Origin: Chloroflexota bacterium
GTDB lineage: Bacteria > Chloroflexota > UBA11872 > VXOZ01
Direction of reading: 5' to 3'
Length of the DNA: 64,000 bases
Assembly (NCBI GenBank): GCA_963662335.2
Contig: CAXXVD010000002.1
Coordinates: forward strand, 32,001-96,000
The notes beneath the pieces were generated by a model that was not told where the DNA came from, made no database searches, and worked only from the letters and a program-made list of their open reading frames with translations. A program made the translations under genes and the position numbers. This document shows, in pieces, positions 29,263 to 39,655 of this stretch (the stretch's first letter is position 1; each line of letters starts with the position of its first letter).

Positions 29263-30792
29263 TTAGCTCTCTTTCGCGGCGGACCAGCCGGTAGCAACGT
29301 CGTCGAACACTTCCGTGATCTTTTCAGACGGCGCGGCCGTAAGCAGCGTGACGACCACGGCGATGGGAATGGCCATCACGATCCCCGGCGTGGCCGGTTG
29401 GATGTCCATGATGCCGCCGGGGCCGCCGGAGAAGTAGCCCCAAATCGAGGCGATCGCCGTGCCGGAGAGCATCGACGCCAGCGCGCCCCAGAAGTTGAAG
29501 CGCCGCCAGTAGAGCGCCAGCAGGATCAGCGGGCCGAAGGCCGCGCCCATGCCGCCCCAGGCGTAGGAAACCAGGTTGTAGACCGAATCGGGGTTGAAGA
29601 TGGACAGGAGCGCCGCGATCAGCCCGACCACCACCAGCAGGAAGCGGCCCAGCCACACCCGCGCGAATGCCCCCATTATGAAAACGTAGCGCTTGGCGTA
29701 GGCATAGCGCTTGACGATGGGCAAATCGTCGGTGGCCATGGCCGAGGCCAGGAGCAGTTGCGAGTCCGCCGTGCTCATGACGGCGGCAATCACCGCCGAG
29801 AGCAGCACGCCCGCTATGACGGGCGGAAAGAATACGGTGGCGGTCACAAGATAGAGGCGCTCCGCGTCCGCCGTCACCTCCTCCATCCGCCCCACCTCGG
29901 CCAGGGCGGGCAAGGCCACCAGGCCCAGCACCAGGCCGAACACGAAGATCAGCAGCGTCCACAGCGTGCTGATGTCGCGGCTGGGCCGGATGCGCTCTTC
30001 GCTCTCCACCGCCATGAAGCGCTGCAAGAAGCGCAGCGAGCCAAAGCTGCCCAAACCCCATCCGGCCGCCGAGAGCAGGAACGTGACGGTGATGCCCTCG
30101 CCCGCCGCGTCGGTGAAGGGATTCCAAAAGCCGGGGGCCATGTCCTCGAAGCCCTGAAACGGATCGGCGGTGAGGAAGATCAACGTGAGCGGCAGGATGA
30201 TGAAACCGCCCAGCATGATGAGCGCCTGGAAGACGTCGGTGCGGGAAACGGCCAGAAAACCGCCGATGAACGTGTAGGACGCCACCGCCACCAGTGTCAC
30301 CAGGATGCCCACGATGCCGTCCAGGCCGAAGACCGTCTCCAACAGCTTGGAACCGGCAATCAAGCCGGAACTGATGTAGAAGATGATGAAGAAAAGGGCG
30401 ATGGCGCAGGAAAGGGTGCGCAGCACGCCCCGTTCGTCCCCAAAGCGCTTCTCGAAGAACTCCGGGAAGGTGAGGGAGTTGTCCGCGGCGATGGTGTAGC
30501 GGCGCAGGCGCTTGGCGTAGATCGCCCACGTCAACCAGACGCCGAGCACGAGGCTCAGCACGGTCCAAAACTCGATGGCGCCGTTGGTGAACGCCAGGGC
30601 CGGAAAGACCAGCATCGTCCAGCCGCTGGCGGTCGACGAACCGGAACTCAACGCCGAGGTAAAACTGCCCACACGCCGCCCGGCCAGCACGTAGTCCGAC
30701 ATCTCCTGCATCTGGCGGCTGCGAAAGACCGCAATGCCAATCAGCGCCGCGAAATACGCCAGGAAGACGATGAGCACCCACGTGGTCAACAT
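29263..30792 (-). CDS. putP: Sodium/proline symporter (SSS family)
   Basis: DYVLAGR, SALSSGSSTASGW, AAVMSTADSQLL, VSYAWGGMGAAFGP. Confidence 0.88.
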   Translation of the reverse strand: MLTTWVLIVFLAYFAALIGIAVFRSRQMQEMSDYVLAGRRVGSFTSALSSGSSTASGWTMLVFPALAFTNGAIEFWTVLSLVLGVWLTWAIYAKRLRRYTIAADNSLTFPEFFEKRFGDERGVLRTLSCAIALFFIIFYISSGLIAGSKLLETVFGLDGIVGILVTLVAVASYTFIGGFLAVSRTDVFQALIMLGGFIILPLTLIFLTADPFQGFEDMAPGFWNPFTDAAGEGITVTFLLSAAGWGLGSFGSLRFLQRFMAVESEERIRPSRDISTLWTLLIFVFGLVLGLVALPALAEVGRMEEVTADAERLYLVTATVFFPPVIAGVLLSAVIAAVMSTADSQLLLASAMATDDLPIVKRYAYAKRYVFIMGAFARVWLGRFLLVVVGLIAALLSIFNPDSVYNLVSYAWGGMGAAFGPLILLALYWRRFNFWGALASMLSGTAIASIWGYFSGGPGGIMDIQPATPGIVMAIPIAVVVTLLTAAPSEKITEVFDDVATGWSAAKES

Positions 30793-31140
30793 GCGAAAAG
30801 CAATCCTCTCAAGCTTTCGCTATGGCATCCTACAGAATACTAGCTGCGGCAGGTTGTGTCTACCGCAAGGCCACCGCGACTTAGGCGACAGTCCTGCAGG
30901 AGGCGAAACGCGAGAACCGGCGGCACGTGTTGTCCTGCCTTGGCCAGGGCCAATCTCGTCTCCGCGACGCTGAAGACAGCGGTCACGGTCCACGCCCTGC
31001 GGAACAGACTCTGGCTGCGACAGTCAGTAAGGGTACGAGACAGTGGGCCCTAATGCTCACCGCACCATCTTCCCGGCGACCCAAGTGCAAACACCCGCCG
31101 GGGAGGCGGGTGTGATAAGCAATGAATAGCGTGAAGAGCG

Positions 31141-31329
31141 TCAGTCCACCGGAACAAGCTTGATCTTGCCGTCTACCTGCACGAGCCGCACTCGCTCTTT
31201 CTTCCCGGCTACTTGCTTCTCCGGTTTTACGCTGTCTCCCGAGCTACCACTGCGCCGCTCATCGTATGGCCGGGGCTTCTCGCCCTTGACTTGCCTAGCT
31301 ACACCACTGCGCTCGCCGTTATACATCAT
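31141..31329 (-). CDS. Small basic hypothetical protein coupled to the Ntn-hydrolase gene
   Basis: ATG overlaps the end of the upstream gene; AGGA upstream; 62 aa. Confidence 0.45.
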   Translation of the reverse strand: MMYNGERSGVARQVKGEKPRPYDERRSGSSGDSVKPEKQVAGKKERVRLVQVDGKIKLVPVD

Positions 31330-32341
31330 CGCCAAATCCTGTGTGACGGTGTTGCAACTCCGGTTCGTTGAGAATCCGAAATCCTTCTCCTTTCGTCACC
31401 ATCGCAACCTGAGTCCTGCCTCCCACTGTTGCCACCCCGGGCGCAAACCTCGACTTGCCGGATTGTAGATTAACCAAGAAAGCCACGAAGTCCACTGCGC
31501 TCTGTAGAGGCAGATTTCCATAGTCAAAGCCTACCTTCAGCTTGTCCCAGGGAAGAGACACCTCCAACTTCGAGGGTAACACAGATTCAACATCAGGAGG
31601 CAACTCAAAGCCAATTTCAGCAAAGACGTCATCCAGTATTTTGACAATTGCGCCGGTCAACTGCTCATAGTTCTCGTCAATCAACCGACCTAGGTGGTTC
31701 TCGATTTCTTCCTTGAGAGCACTGTCATAGCCTCGTATCAGCCGCTCTACGCTGTCCGCTTGACCACTCCATGCAACCCCAAAACTGCCTTGGCTAAAGT
31801 GCTCGTACACTTCATTGGCTTTAGTATCAAGACGATAGACTGCAGGTAGTTCATCAGTTGCGCCATAGCCACCGACGAGAAAATTCGGTCCAGTCCAATA
31901 GTCTTGAGGAATTGTAGAGTCTTTGTAATGCTCTACGAAGTGATCTCTCATGAAGGACAGAAATGCACTGGACACAGAACGAACGTCTTCATAGGTCTCC
32001 TCGTTCTGCTTTTGTCGGGCCAGAAACTCCTCTGCATAGCTCTTCATCGTCCTATCTTTGATTTGCGCGATCCCTGAGGTCACTGCGGCGACTGGAGCTG
32101 CGCCCCCATGAATCTGGAAGAGTTTTGTCACACCTCCCCATGCGTTGGTGACAACAGGGCGAATACTTGACGGGTCAAAGCTAACGAGAGGGTGCCCTTC
32201 CCCGTCCACCAATGGTTCGCCATCTTCGTCCTTTGGCTGACTTAGTTCGAATGGATCTATAGCGTACTCAATACTACTCGCAATACTGTCACAACCCAGC
32301 ACTAACCCTTCACTGGTAGCTAGCGCGATGTTTATCGTCAT
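31319..32341 (-). CDS. Proteasome-beta-like Ntn hydrolase (Thr1)
   Basis: GGAG RBS then M-TINIALATSEGLVLGCDS; TKLF; FLVGGY; ATVGG near C-terminus; low-GC DNA. Confidence 0.7.
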   Translation of the reverse strand: MTINIALATSEGLVLGCDSIASSIEYAIDPFELSQPKDEDGEPLVDGEGHPLVSFDPSSIRPVVTNAWGGVTKLFQIHGGAAPVAAVTSGIAQIKDRTMKSYAEEFLARQKQNEETYEDVRSVSSAFLSFMRDHFVEHYKDSTIPQDYWTGPNFLVGGYGATDELPAVYRLDTKANEVYEHFSQGSFGVAWSGQADSVERLIRGYDSALKEEIENHLGRLIDENYEQLTGAIVKILDDVFAEIGFELPPDVESVLPSKLEVSLPWDKLKVGFDYGNLPLQSAVDFVAFLVNLQSGKSRFAPGVATVGGRTQVAMVTKGEGFRILNEPELQHRHTGFGDDV

Positions 32342-32697
32342 GTTGTGCTCCAAGAGCGTACATAGCCGAAAACTCCACAAGCACGCAGACTGCACCTTTG
32401 TATCCAATCGAAGGCTGGCGCCAGACTGGCGAACTGAATCGCAGGAAGTTCACGTTGAGAAGATCTCGACACATAGGTTGTGTAAAGAGATCCAGCGGTC
32501 CCAGCGTTGTTACTCGACAACCCAACAAGATGAGTAACATCTTCCAGGAAGGCAGGCGCGCGGTGCAAATAAGGAAGCGCGGAACAATCCAAGCGCACGA
32601 AACTGATCATTCCCTCCACCCGAAGAAGCCGCACTCTCTCATTTGAATTTCGCATCCGGCGTAAGGAACAGGCTCCCACAGGGGGCAGCGGAAGTTT

Positions 32698-32955
32698 CTA
32701 TGCCTGCGGTGGCGAACCGTCGGTGCGTTCCCGTATGAAGTAGCCCTCCAGCAGGCCCTCGATGCGGGAGACGCGCTCGCTGAGGGCATCCACACGGATG
32801 CTGAGGGCGTCGATGCGCGAATTCACGTCCCTACTGAGCGTGTCCATGCGCTGTTCCAGCCGGGATATGCGCCCGTCCATGCGCAGAATCAGGCCAATGA
32901 CCGCGACGCTGGTAACGATGATGGTCGCCAACATGCCGAAGAATTCGTAATTCAC
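32698..32955 (-). CDS. Small protein: N-terminal TM helix plus coiled coil
   Basis: Hydrophobic N-terminus, heptads RIDALSIRVDALSERVSRIEG. Confidence 0.7.
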   Translation of the reverse strand: MNYEFFGMLATIIVTSVAVIGLILRMDGRISRLEQRMDTLSRDVNSRIDALSIRVDALSERVSRIEGLLEGYFIRERTDGSPPQA

Positions 32956-33153
32956 TACGTTTCCCTTTCGCGATCAGGGATTCACCGGAGAGTTTCTTCC
33001 ACCACCATTGTAGTCAAGCGCCGCGGGCCACGCAATCCTGGCGCGCACTCGGCGTGAAACCATCACCAGAGTCGACAGAGAAGCGTCTCGCCTACGCCTC
33101 TGGTACACTTCAGTCAAACAACAATACCGTCACTTAAGGGAGGTTTGTTCACT

Positions 33154-34899
33154 GTGGGCATGCTTGTTCTCACCCAACCGGGGAATCGCGCGAATACGTA
33201 TGGGCCGTATACGGCCGCGGTGCTGAAGGCCGAGGGTTTCGCGGACTTCGACGTGCGGCCCATCGGTCAGGAGGCTTTGTGCCGGCTCGACGCGTACGAC
33301 GCGGTGATACTCACGCCCAGCCTGCCCCGGCGCGCCCTTGTCGAGCGGCTCGCGGCGTACGTAAAGGCCGGCGGACGGCTGATCGCGCTGCGGCCCTCGC
33401 GGCTGCTGGCGGTGGCGTTGGGCCTGGCGCCCACGGACACGGCGGCCTTTCCAGCCTACGTGCGGCCGCTGCCGGGCAATGCGATCAGCGCCGGCGTGCC
33501 GCACGAGTCCATTCAGACACACGTGCCCGCCGACAACTACGAGCCGCTGCAACTGCCGGAGGGCGCGCGCGAGATCGCCCGCATCTTCCAGGACGCGGAA
33601 GTCGAGACCTCCTATCCCGCCGTCTTGCACTTCCCCTTGGGCAAAGGCCAGGTGGTGGTTTTCGGCTACGACCTCCCCCAGGCGGTGGCGCTGATTCGCC
33701 AGGGCAATCCCACTCACTACGGCTGGCGCACCTGTGGCTTCGGCAATCCCTACCGGCCCAACGATATGTACGCCGGCCACCTGGACCCGCGCCGCATGAG
33801 CCTGCCCCAGGCCGACATCCACGCCATGCTGCTTGGCAACGCGATCAACGCCATTGCCCGCAACCCGCAGCCGCGCCTGTGGTACTACGACACACCCGAT
33901 ACCACAAGCATGGTGGTGCTGGATTCCGACGACGACTACTCACCGCTGGAAGCCTTCGAGGCGCTCATGGACTCCGTGGAAGCGCACCAGGGGCACATCA
34001 CCATCTACCTCATGCTCGGCCCTTCCAAGTACACCATCGCCACGCCGGAGCGGGTGGAAGGCTGGCGCGCCCGCGGGCATTCGTTCGGCATCCACCACAA
34101 CGCCTTCGATCCACAGTACGCGAATGAAGAGCAGGACGCGGTGATGGAAGAGATCGTGCGGCGCGATACCGGCTACTTCCGCGAGCACTACGGCGGCGAG
34201 ACGGTCATCGCCAACCGCAATCACTGTCTCGGCTGGAAGGGCTACGTGGACCTGCCGCGCATCTACCAGGACGTGGGCGTGGTGCTGGACACCAACCTGC
34301 TCAGCATCCACAACGAATGGCTGCATTACACCAACGGCTCCGGGCATCCCGGCAAGTTCGTGGACACCGACGGCGAGGTAATCGAGGTATTCCAGCAGTT
34401 GACCCAGGCCTACGATGATGCTTCCGTGAAGGCGCGGCTCTCGTCGGACCCGGTGGGCGAGGCCAAGTCCACGCGCCAGGTGATGCTGGAAAAGAAGGAG
34501 CGCTACTTCAGCCCGCTCACGATGCTCTCGCACCCGGTCTCGTTCTACACCTACAGCAGCGCCTACCAGAACCAGTGCTGGGACTACGCCAACGAACTGG
34601 GACTGCCCATCTGGAGCGCGTTCGAGTGGGCGGCGTTCGTGCGCGCCCGCGACCAGGCGGTCGTGTTGCACAGCGCCTGGGACAACGGCAGTTTTTCCTG
34701 CACGGTTGCCGGCAGTTCGCCCAGCGGCAGCTTTACGCTGATGGTGCCGTTGCCAGACGGCGAAACGCCCCGCGCCACGGTGGACGGCGAGGACGTGGAC
34801 GTGACGCTGCAAGAGGCGTACGGCTGGACCTACGCCCTGGCGCCGGTGCCCATCAGCAGCAACGGCGCGGAAACGCGGCAGGTTGTAGTGCAAACGTGA
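33154..34899 (+). CDS. Hypothetical protein with GATase/ThuA-like N-part and polysaccharide deacetylase-like core
   Basis: LDSDDD, FGIHH, RNHCLGW, HP motif; start codon uncertain. Confidence 0.6.
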   Translation: MGMLVLTQPGNRANTYGPYTAAVLKAEGFADFDVRPIGQEALCRLDAYDAVILTPSLPRRALVERLAAYVKAGGRLIALRPSRLLAVALGLAPTDTAAFPAYVRPLPGNAISAGVPHESIQTHVPADNYEPLQLPEGAREIARIFQDAEVETSYPAVLHFPLGKGQVVVFGYDLPQAVALIRQGNPTHYGWRTCGFGNPYRPNDMYAGHLDPRRMSLPQADIHAMLLGNAINAIARNPQPRLWYYDTPDTTSMVVLDSDDDYSPLEAFEALMDSVEAHQGHITIYLMLGPSKYTIATPERVEGWRARGHSFGIHHNAFDPQYANEEQDAVMEEIVRRDTGYFREHYGGETVIANRNHCLGWKGYVDLPRIYQDVGVVLDTNLLSIHNEWLHYTNGSGHPGKFVDTDGEVIEVFQQLTQAYDDASVKARLSSDPVGEAKSTRQVMLEKKERYFSPLTMLSHPVSFYTYSSAYQNQCWDYANELGLPIWSAFEWAAFVRARDQAVVLHSAWDNGSFSCTVAGSSPSGSFTLMVPLPDGETPRATVDGEDVDVTLQEAYGWTYALAPVPISSNGAETRQVVVQT

Positions 34900-34990
34900 T
34901 AGACTCGTCAGGAAAAGTGAGGCAGTGTTGATACGTGGGAGGCGCGGCATGTCCGCGTGTGTCGCCCAGAGGAGAACGGCTCCCGCAAAG

Positions 34991-35064
34991 TGTCATTCTG
35001 AGGAGCGCAGCGACGAAGAATCTAGGGCGCGCGCAGTAGATTCCTCGCTACGCTCGGAATGACA
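34991..35064. repeat. Inverted pair of TGTCATTC...GAATCTA repeats
   Basis: TGTCATTCTGAGGAGCGCAGCGACGAAGAATCTAG ... TAGATTCCTCGCTACGCTCGGAATGACA. Confidence 0.7.
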
Positions 35065-35140
35065 AGCCACGTGTCAACAATGCCGAGACTCGAGAGATGA
35101 ATAGATTCGCCCAACAGCACTTAGTGACAAGGAGTGTGCC

Positions 35141-36358
35141 ATGGAACTGACCAAAGACGAACAACACCTGCTGGAGCACGCCAAGCGGAAGTTTCCGTTT
35201 CCCATCCTGGGCGGCTGGTATACGGAAGCCGAGGTAGACGCGATCAACGCCAGCTTGCAGGAGAGCATGGACTGGCGCATCGGCTTTCACGGGCCGGAGA
35301 TACCGCAGTTCGAGCAAGCGTTCGCGGAGTACTGCGACGTGAAGCACGCGCTGGCCGTGAATTCCTGCGGCACCGGCCTGGACGCGGCCATTCACGCCCT
35401 GCAACTCGGCCCGGAAGACGAGGTAATCGTGCCGGGTATCACGTTCAAGGCCACCTCGCTCTGCGTGCTGGGCGTGGGCGCGAAAGTGGTGCTGGCGGAG
35501 ATCGACCCGGCCACGTTCAACATCGATCCCAACGACGTCGAGCGCCGCATGACGCCCAATACCCGCGCCATTCTGGCCGTGCACAACAACGGCCTCTCCG
35601 CCGACGTGGACGCCCTGGAAGAGATCGCGCAGCGGCATCCGCATCCCGTCCACGGCCCGCCGCCGGTGCTCTGCGACGCGGCCCGCGCCGTCGGCGCCGG
35701 CTACAAGGGCACCAAGGTCGGCAAGAAAGGCGCCATGAACATCTTCAGCTTCCAGACCAGCAAGAACATGACCACCCTGGGCGAGGGCGGCATGGTCACC
35801 ACGGACGATGACGACTACGCGAACTTCGTGAACAGCATGCGCTCGTTTGGCAGTGCGCTGGACGGCTGGGGCACCAACTTCCGCATGACCAAGCTGCAAG
35901 CGGTCGCGGGTTCGATTCAGGTCACGCGCCTGGACGAGATGAACGAGGCGCGGCGGCAGCGCGTGGCCGACTTCGTCGAACTGATCGAGGACATCCCCGG
36001 CCTCATCCTGCCCAGCGAGCCTGAGGGCTACCACCACGTGTGGTACGGCTACACGCTCATGTTCGAGGAAGAATGGGCCGGCGACCCGCGCGACAAGTTC
36101 GCCGACCGCCTCATCGGCAAGCACGGCGTGGGCACCTGGATCATGAACGCCTCCCTGCCGGATTACGTCGGCTACATGGTGCGGCTGGGGCACAGTCCGG
36201 AAGACGTGCCGGTCTCCACCGACGCGGGACGCCGCCTCTTCTGCCCGGCGATCCATCCGCTCATGACCGACGAGGACCTGCGCTACGTGGCCGCGGCCAT
36301 CAAGGAGAGCATGAACGCGGTGGCGGCGGAGACGCGGATGCCGGTGGCGGTGGGCTAA
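35141..36358 (+). CDS. DegT/DnrJ/EryC1/StrS PLP aminotransferase
   Basis: AVNSCGTGL, DAARAVG, FSFQTSKNMTTLGEGG (PLP Lys), NFRM. Confidence 0.9.
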   Translation: MELTKDEQHLLEHAKRKFPFPILGGWYTEAEVDAINASLQESMDWRIGFHGPEIPQFEQAFAEYCDVKHALAVNSCGTGLDAAIHALQLGPEDEVIVPGITFKATSLCVLGVGAKVVLAEIDPATFNIDPNDVERRMTPNTRAILAVHNNGLSADVDALEEIAQRHPHPVHGPPPVLCDAARAVGAGYKGTKVGKKGAMNIFSFQTSKNMTTLGEGGMVTTDDDDYANFVNSMRSFGSALDGWGTNFRMTKLQAVAGSIQVTRLDEMNEARRQRVADFVELIEDIPGLILPSEPEGYHHVWYGYTLMFEEEWAGDPRDKFADRLIGKHGVGTWIMNASLPDYVGYMVRLGHSPEDVPVSTDAGRRLFCPAIHPLMTDEDLRYVAAAIKESMNAVAAETRMPVAVG

Positions 36359-36407
36359 TCCGGGCGCTCCTTGCCGCTGGATACGACAGTCCGATAGGAG
36401 GAGTGCC

Positions 36408-36725
36408 ATGCCAGCTTTGGACACACACAAGGCGTACGAGGCGTATACGCGGGCAGGCTTTAGCAAGCTCCAAGCCGAAGCGCTGCTGGATACGCTGAAT
36501 GAAGAGCGCGAAGCGCTGGCAACCAAAGCCGACTTGCAGGCACTAGAGGAACGGATGAATGCGCGGTTCAAAGAGCATCAGCAACAGACGGATGCCCGGT
36601 TCAAAGCGCTCGAGCACCAAATGGACTCGCGCTTGCAGTCCCTTGAACTGCGCATAACGCTTCGTTTGGGCGCGCTGGTGGTGGCCGTGGCGATCTTGCT
36701 CGCCATACTGGAACTGATTCCGTGA
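36408..36725 (+). CDS. DUF1640/CCDC90-like coiled-coil protein with C-terminal TM
   Basis: LDTHKAY...AGFSKLQAEAL...LATKADL; AGGAGGAG RBS. Confidence 0.75.
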   Translation: MPALDTHKAYEAYTRAGFSKLQAEALLDTLNEEREALATKADLQALEERMNARFKEHQQQTDARFKALEHQMDSRLQSLELRITLRLGALVVAVAILLAILELIP

Positions 36726-36841
36726 GACAACGGCAGAGTTCCCACCGCTCGTGCTGCTGATTGTTCTGCAGCAGCGGCGTACGCAGGCTACAGGGAGTAG
36801 AATTCGTGGGAATACCTGCCTGTAGACGTTGAGAGAGGCAC

Positions 36842-37246
36842 ATGCTGCGCAAACTCATTGGCCCGCACTTTTCCGCCTCTGCCGAGCAATCGGACGCGCA
36901 GGATTCACGCCCTCGTCAGCGAGATCACGCGAGCCGGGACGGAAATCCGCAGGCTGCCGGCCAAGAAGCGCAGGCAGACTCCTGGGCCAACGAGGACGCC
37001 GGCCCGGACGAAGACGAGAACGACTGGGACGAATACGACGACGAAATCGCCAGCGCCGCAGCCTTCTCAGCCTGGCAAGACGCATCCGTGCCTCAACGGG
37101 TCTGGAATGAGGATGAAGCGGCCCTGGCGGCGGAACTGCAGGAAGCGCATGACGACGCAGAGCGCTGGGAAGACTGGGCGGCAGTGGATGACATTGAAGA
37201 CGATGCGTCGTATGAATGGGGGCAAGAGGAAGAGGAGGAATATTGA
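36842..37246 (+). CDS. Acidic low-complexity hypothetical protein
   Basis: D/E/W-rich; GAGG RBS. Confidence 0.5.
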   Translation: MLRKLIGPHFSASAEQSDAQDSRPRQRDHASRDGNPQAAGQEAQADSWANEDAGPDEDENDWDEYDDEIASAAAFSAWQDASVPQRVWNEDEAALAAELQEAHDDAERWEDWAAVDDIEDDASYEWGQEEEEEY

Positions 37247-37374
37247 CCACTCTCCTTCTCGATAAGGATTCAACGCAGTCTCAGTCTATCCCGCCGGCTC
37301 CGAGTGTCATAGAGCAGGCGGGGAACGTGAAACCGGTGTCGGTTAAGTCGTAGGCAACAGGGGAAGAAACTGGC

Positions 37375-38541
37375 ATGAAGAAAGCAATCGTGCATCCGCT
37401 GCGGTTCGTGGTGGGGCCGGGCGTAGTTGGCGACGTGGGCGCTCATGCGGCGGCATTGGGCAGCAAGGCGCTCATCGTCGGCGGCGGTCGCGCCGTGGCG
37501 GCCATCCAGGACACCGTTACCGGCGCGCTCGACGCGCACGGCATCCCGTACCACGTCGAGCACGGCAAGCACGTCGATAAGAATCGCCCGGCGGTGGACG
37601 CGCTGGTGGCGAAGGGCAAAGAATTCGGCGCGGACGTGGTGATTGGCGCCGGCGGCGGGCGCGTGGTGGACGCGGCCAAGGCGATCGCGCACGAGATGGG
37701 CGCGTGGCTCATCAGCGTGCCCACGGTCGCTTCCACCAACGCCACCGCCACCTTCAGCGCCAGCATCGAAGGCGACGCCGAGCGCAACGTGTGGTACGTC
37801 GGCCCGCACACGGTGATTGCCGACACCCGCGTCATCGCTCAAGGCGGCGGGCGCTGGCTGGCGGCCGGCATGGCCGACGCGCTGCCCACCTGGACCGGCG
37901 GCCGCATCGCGCGCGAACTGCGCCAACGCAGCGGCACCGAGCGCATCCTCGGCTTCGACAACGTCTTTCCCACCGAAGCCGCGATCGCCATCGCGGAGTG
38001 GACCTACGACACGATTCTCGGCTACGGCGCGTCGGCCTACCAGGCCTGCGAGCGCGGCGTGGCTACGGAAGCGGTGGACAAGGTGGTGGAAGCGATCGTC
38101 TACGGCGGCGGCGTGGCCGGCCCGGCCTGCGGCGTGGTCGGCGGCGAACACGGCCTGCACCCCGGCAATTCCAAGCACGCCACCAAAGAGGGCGTCCACG
38201 GCGAGCAGGTGGCCTTCGGCATCCTCGTCTCGGTCTCGCTCATGCAGCAGGGCGAAGCCGAGGTGCGCAATCTCATCCGCTTCAACCAGTCGGTCAACCT
38301 GCCCTCCACGTTCGCCGACTTCGGCGTGGAGAACGCGGACCGCAGCCTGGTGCGCGAGATCGCGGAGGAAATCCTGGGCCCGGGCGGCACGAGCACGTTC
38401 GGCCTGTGGTACGAGGTGGACGTGGACTTGCTGACGGACGTGATGGTGGACGTGGACCGCATGGCGCAGGAGGAGAAGGGCCGTCAGCCGCGCTTGCCGG
38501 CAGGCGCGATGTTTGGCAGGCGCCGGCGGCTGTGGGCTTGA
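37375..38541 (+). CDS. Glycerol dehydrogenase-like (GldA / Fe-ADH superfamily)
   Basis: GAGGGRVVDAAK, PTVAST, AGMADAL, HGLH, HGEQVAFG. Confidence 0.85.
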   Translation: MKKAIVHPLRFVVGPGVVGDVGAHAAALGSKALIVGGGRAVAAIQDTVTGALDAHGIPYHVEHGKHVDKNRPAVDALVAKGKEFGADVVIGAGGGRVVDAAKAIAHEMGAWLISVPTVASTNATATFSASIEGDAERNVWYVGPHTVIADTRVIAQGGGRWLAAGMADALPTWTGGRIARELRQRSGTERILGFDNVFPTEAAIAIAEWTYDTILGYGASAYQACERGVATEAVDKVVEAIVYGGGVAGPACGVVGGEHGLHPGNSKHATKEGVHGEQVAFGILVSVSLMQQGEAEVRNLIRFNQSVNLPSTFADFGVENADRSLVREIAEEILGPGGTSTFGLWYEVDVDLLTDVMVDVDRMAQEEKGRQPRLPAGAMFGRRRRLWA

Positions 38542-38734
38542 AGCAATGCCGCATCGCCGCGGGTCGCAAAGCGGTGAATCCCGCGCCGGCGCTTCCCTCC
38601 CGCCGTATCGGCAAACGGTAGCGCGGGGGCTTGTCCCCCGCCTCGGTAGAGAGGCCGCCAACGGAATTCTGCGAGCAACAGCCCCCCTCACCTAGCCCTC
38701 TCCCCGGGGAGAGGGAAAAGAAGGATTGACATTA

Positions 38735-39619
38735 ATGGCCGCTAAACCGCTCTACGTCATCTTTACGCAGGACTGCGAGCAACTCATGGACGACTCGCTG
38801 CACGGCGGGCCGGAGGAGTGGGGCATCAGCGAACGCTCGGTAACCGGCTATGCGGATGTCCTGGAAGAGAACGGCTTGCGCGCCACCTTCTTCATCGTGG
38901 CGCAGACGGCGGCGGCGCAGCCCGCGCTGTATTGGGACCTGGAGAAGCGCGGCTTCGAACTTGGCTTGCACGTCCATCCGCAGGATACCGGCCTGGGCTA
39001 TACCGACTATCTCGGCGGCTACACGTTCGACGAGCAGGTAAGCATGTTCGACACGGTGGCCGACCAGTGGGCGGACGCCATCGGCAGGCGGCCCACCAAC
39101 TTTCGGGGCGGCAATTTTTCCGCCAACGACAACACGTATCCCGCCCTCGTCGCCACCGGCTTTACCCATGGCAGCGTCTCGTCGCCGGGCCGGCAGTATG
39201 ACAAAGCCAAGGCCGTCTGGCAGGGCGCGGCGCCCTACGCCCACTACGCGCACAAGGCGAACCGGCTCTTCCCCGGCGACCTGGACTTCTACGAAATCCC
39301 GCTTACCTGCGACCAGGTGCGGCGGCGCGCGCCGCATCTGCCCATGGAACTGCGCATCGAGGGCGCCGACGGCGATTCACACCGCCAGACTATTCGCCAG
39401 GCCTGGGCCGATATGGCGGATTACCCCGACGATGTTCCCAGGATCATCATGCCCTTTACCCACAACACGCACTTCTACGGCGATACGGACGGCGAGAAGC
39501 GCCTGGCGCTCGATGCCATCGTGGATGAGATAAAAATCATTGCGGAAGAAGCGGGCTACGCGGTCGTCGGCGGCACCATTGGCAGCGTCTACGCGGCGGT
39601 GGAAGGGGTAAGCAATTAG
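38735..39619 (+). CDS. Polysaccharide deacetylase family protein
   Basis: FTQDCE, ATFF, ELGLHVHP, FRGGNF, THN. Confidence 0.8.
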   Translation: MAAKPLYVIFTQDCEQLMDDSLHGGPEEWGISERSVTGYADVLEENGLRATFFIVAQTAAAQPALYWDLEKRGFELGLHVHPQDTGLGYTDYLGGYTFDEQVSMFDTVADQWADAIGRRPTNFRGGNFSANDNTYPALVATGFTHGSVSSPGRQYDKAKAVWQGAAPYAHYAHKANRLFPGDLDFYEIPLTCDQVRRRAPHLPMELRIEGADGDSHRQTIRQAWADMADYPDDVPRIIMPFTHNTHFYGDTDGEKRLALDAIVDEIKIIAEEAGYAVVGGTIGSVYAAVEGVSN

Positions 39620-39655
39620 ACGGCAGTGGCCTTAAGCACGCAGGAGGTATTTCCC

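Noticed and set aside
31319-32341. Calling the Ntn hydrolase the prcB of the Pup-like system
   Set aside because: No propeptide or prcA partner, different base composition, and separated by unrelated genes; the link is unsupported
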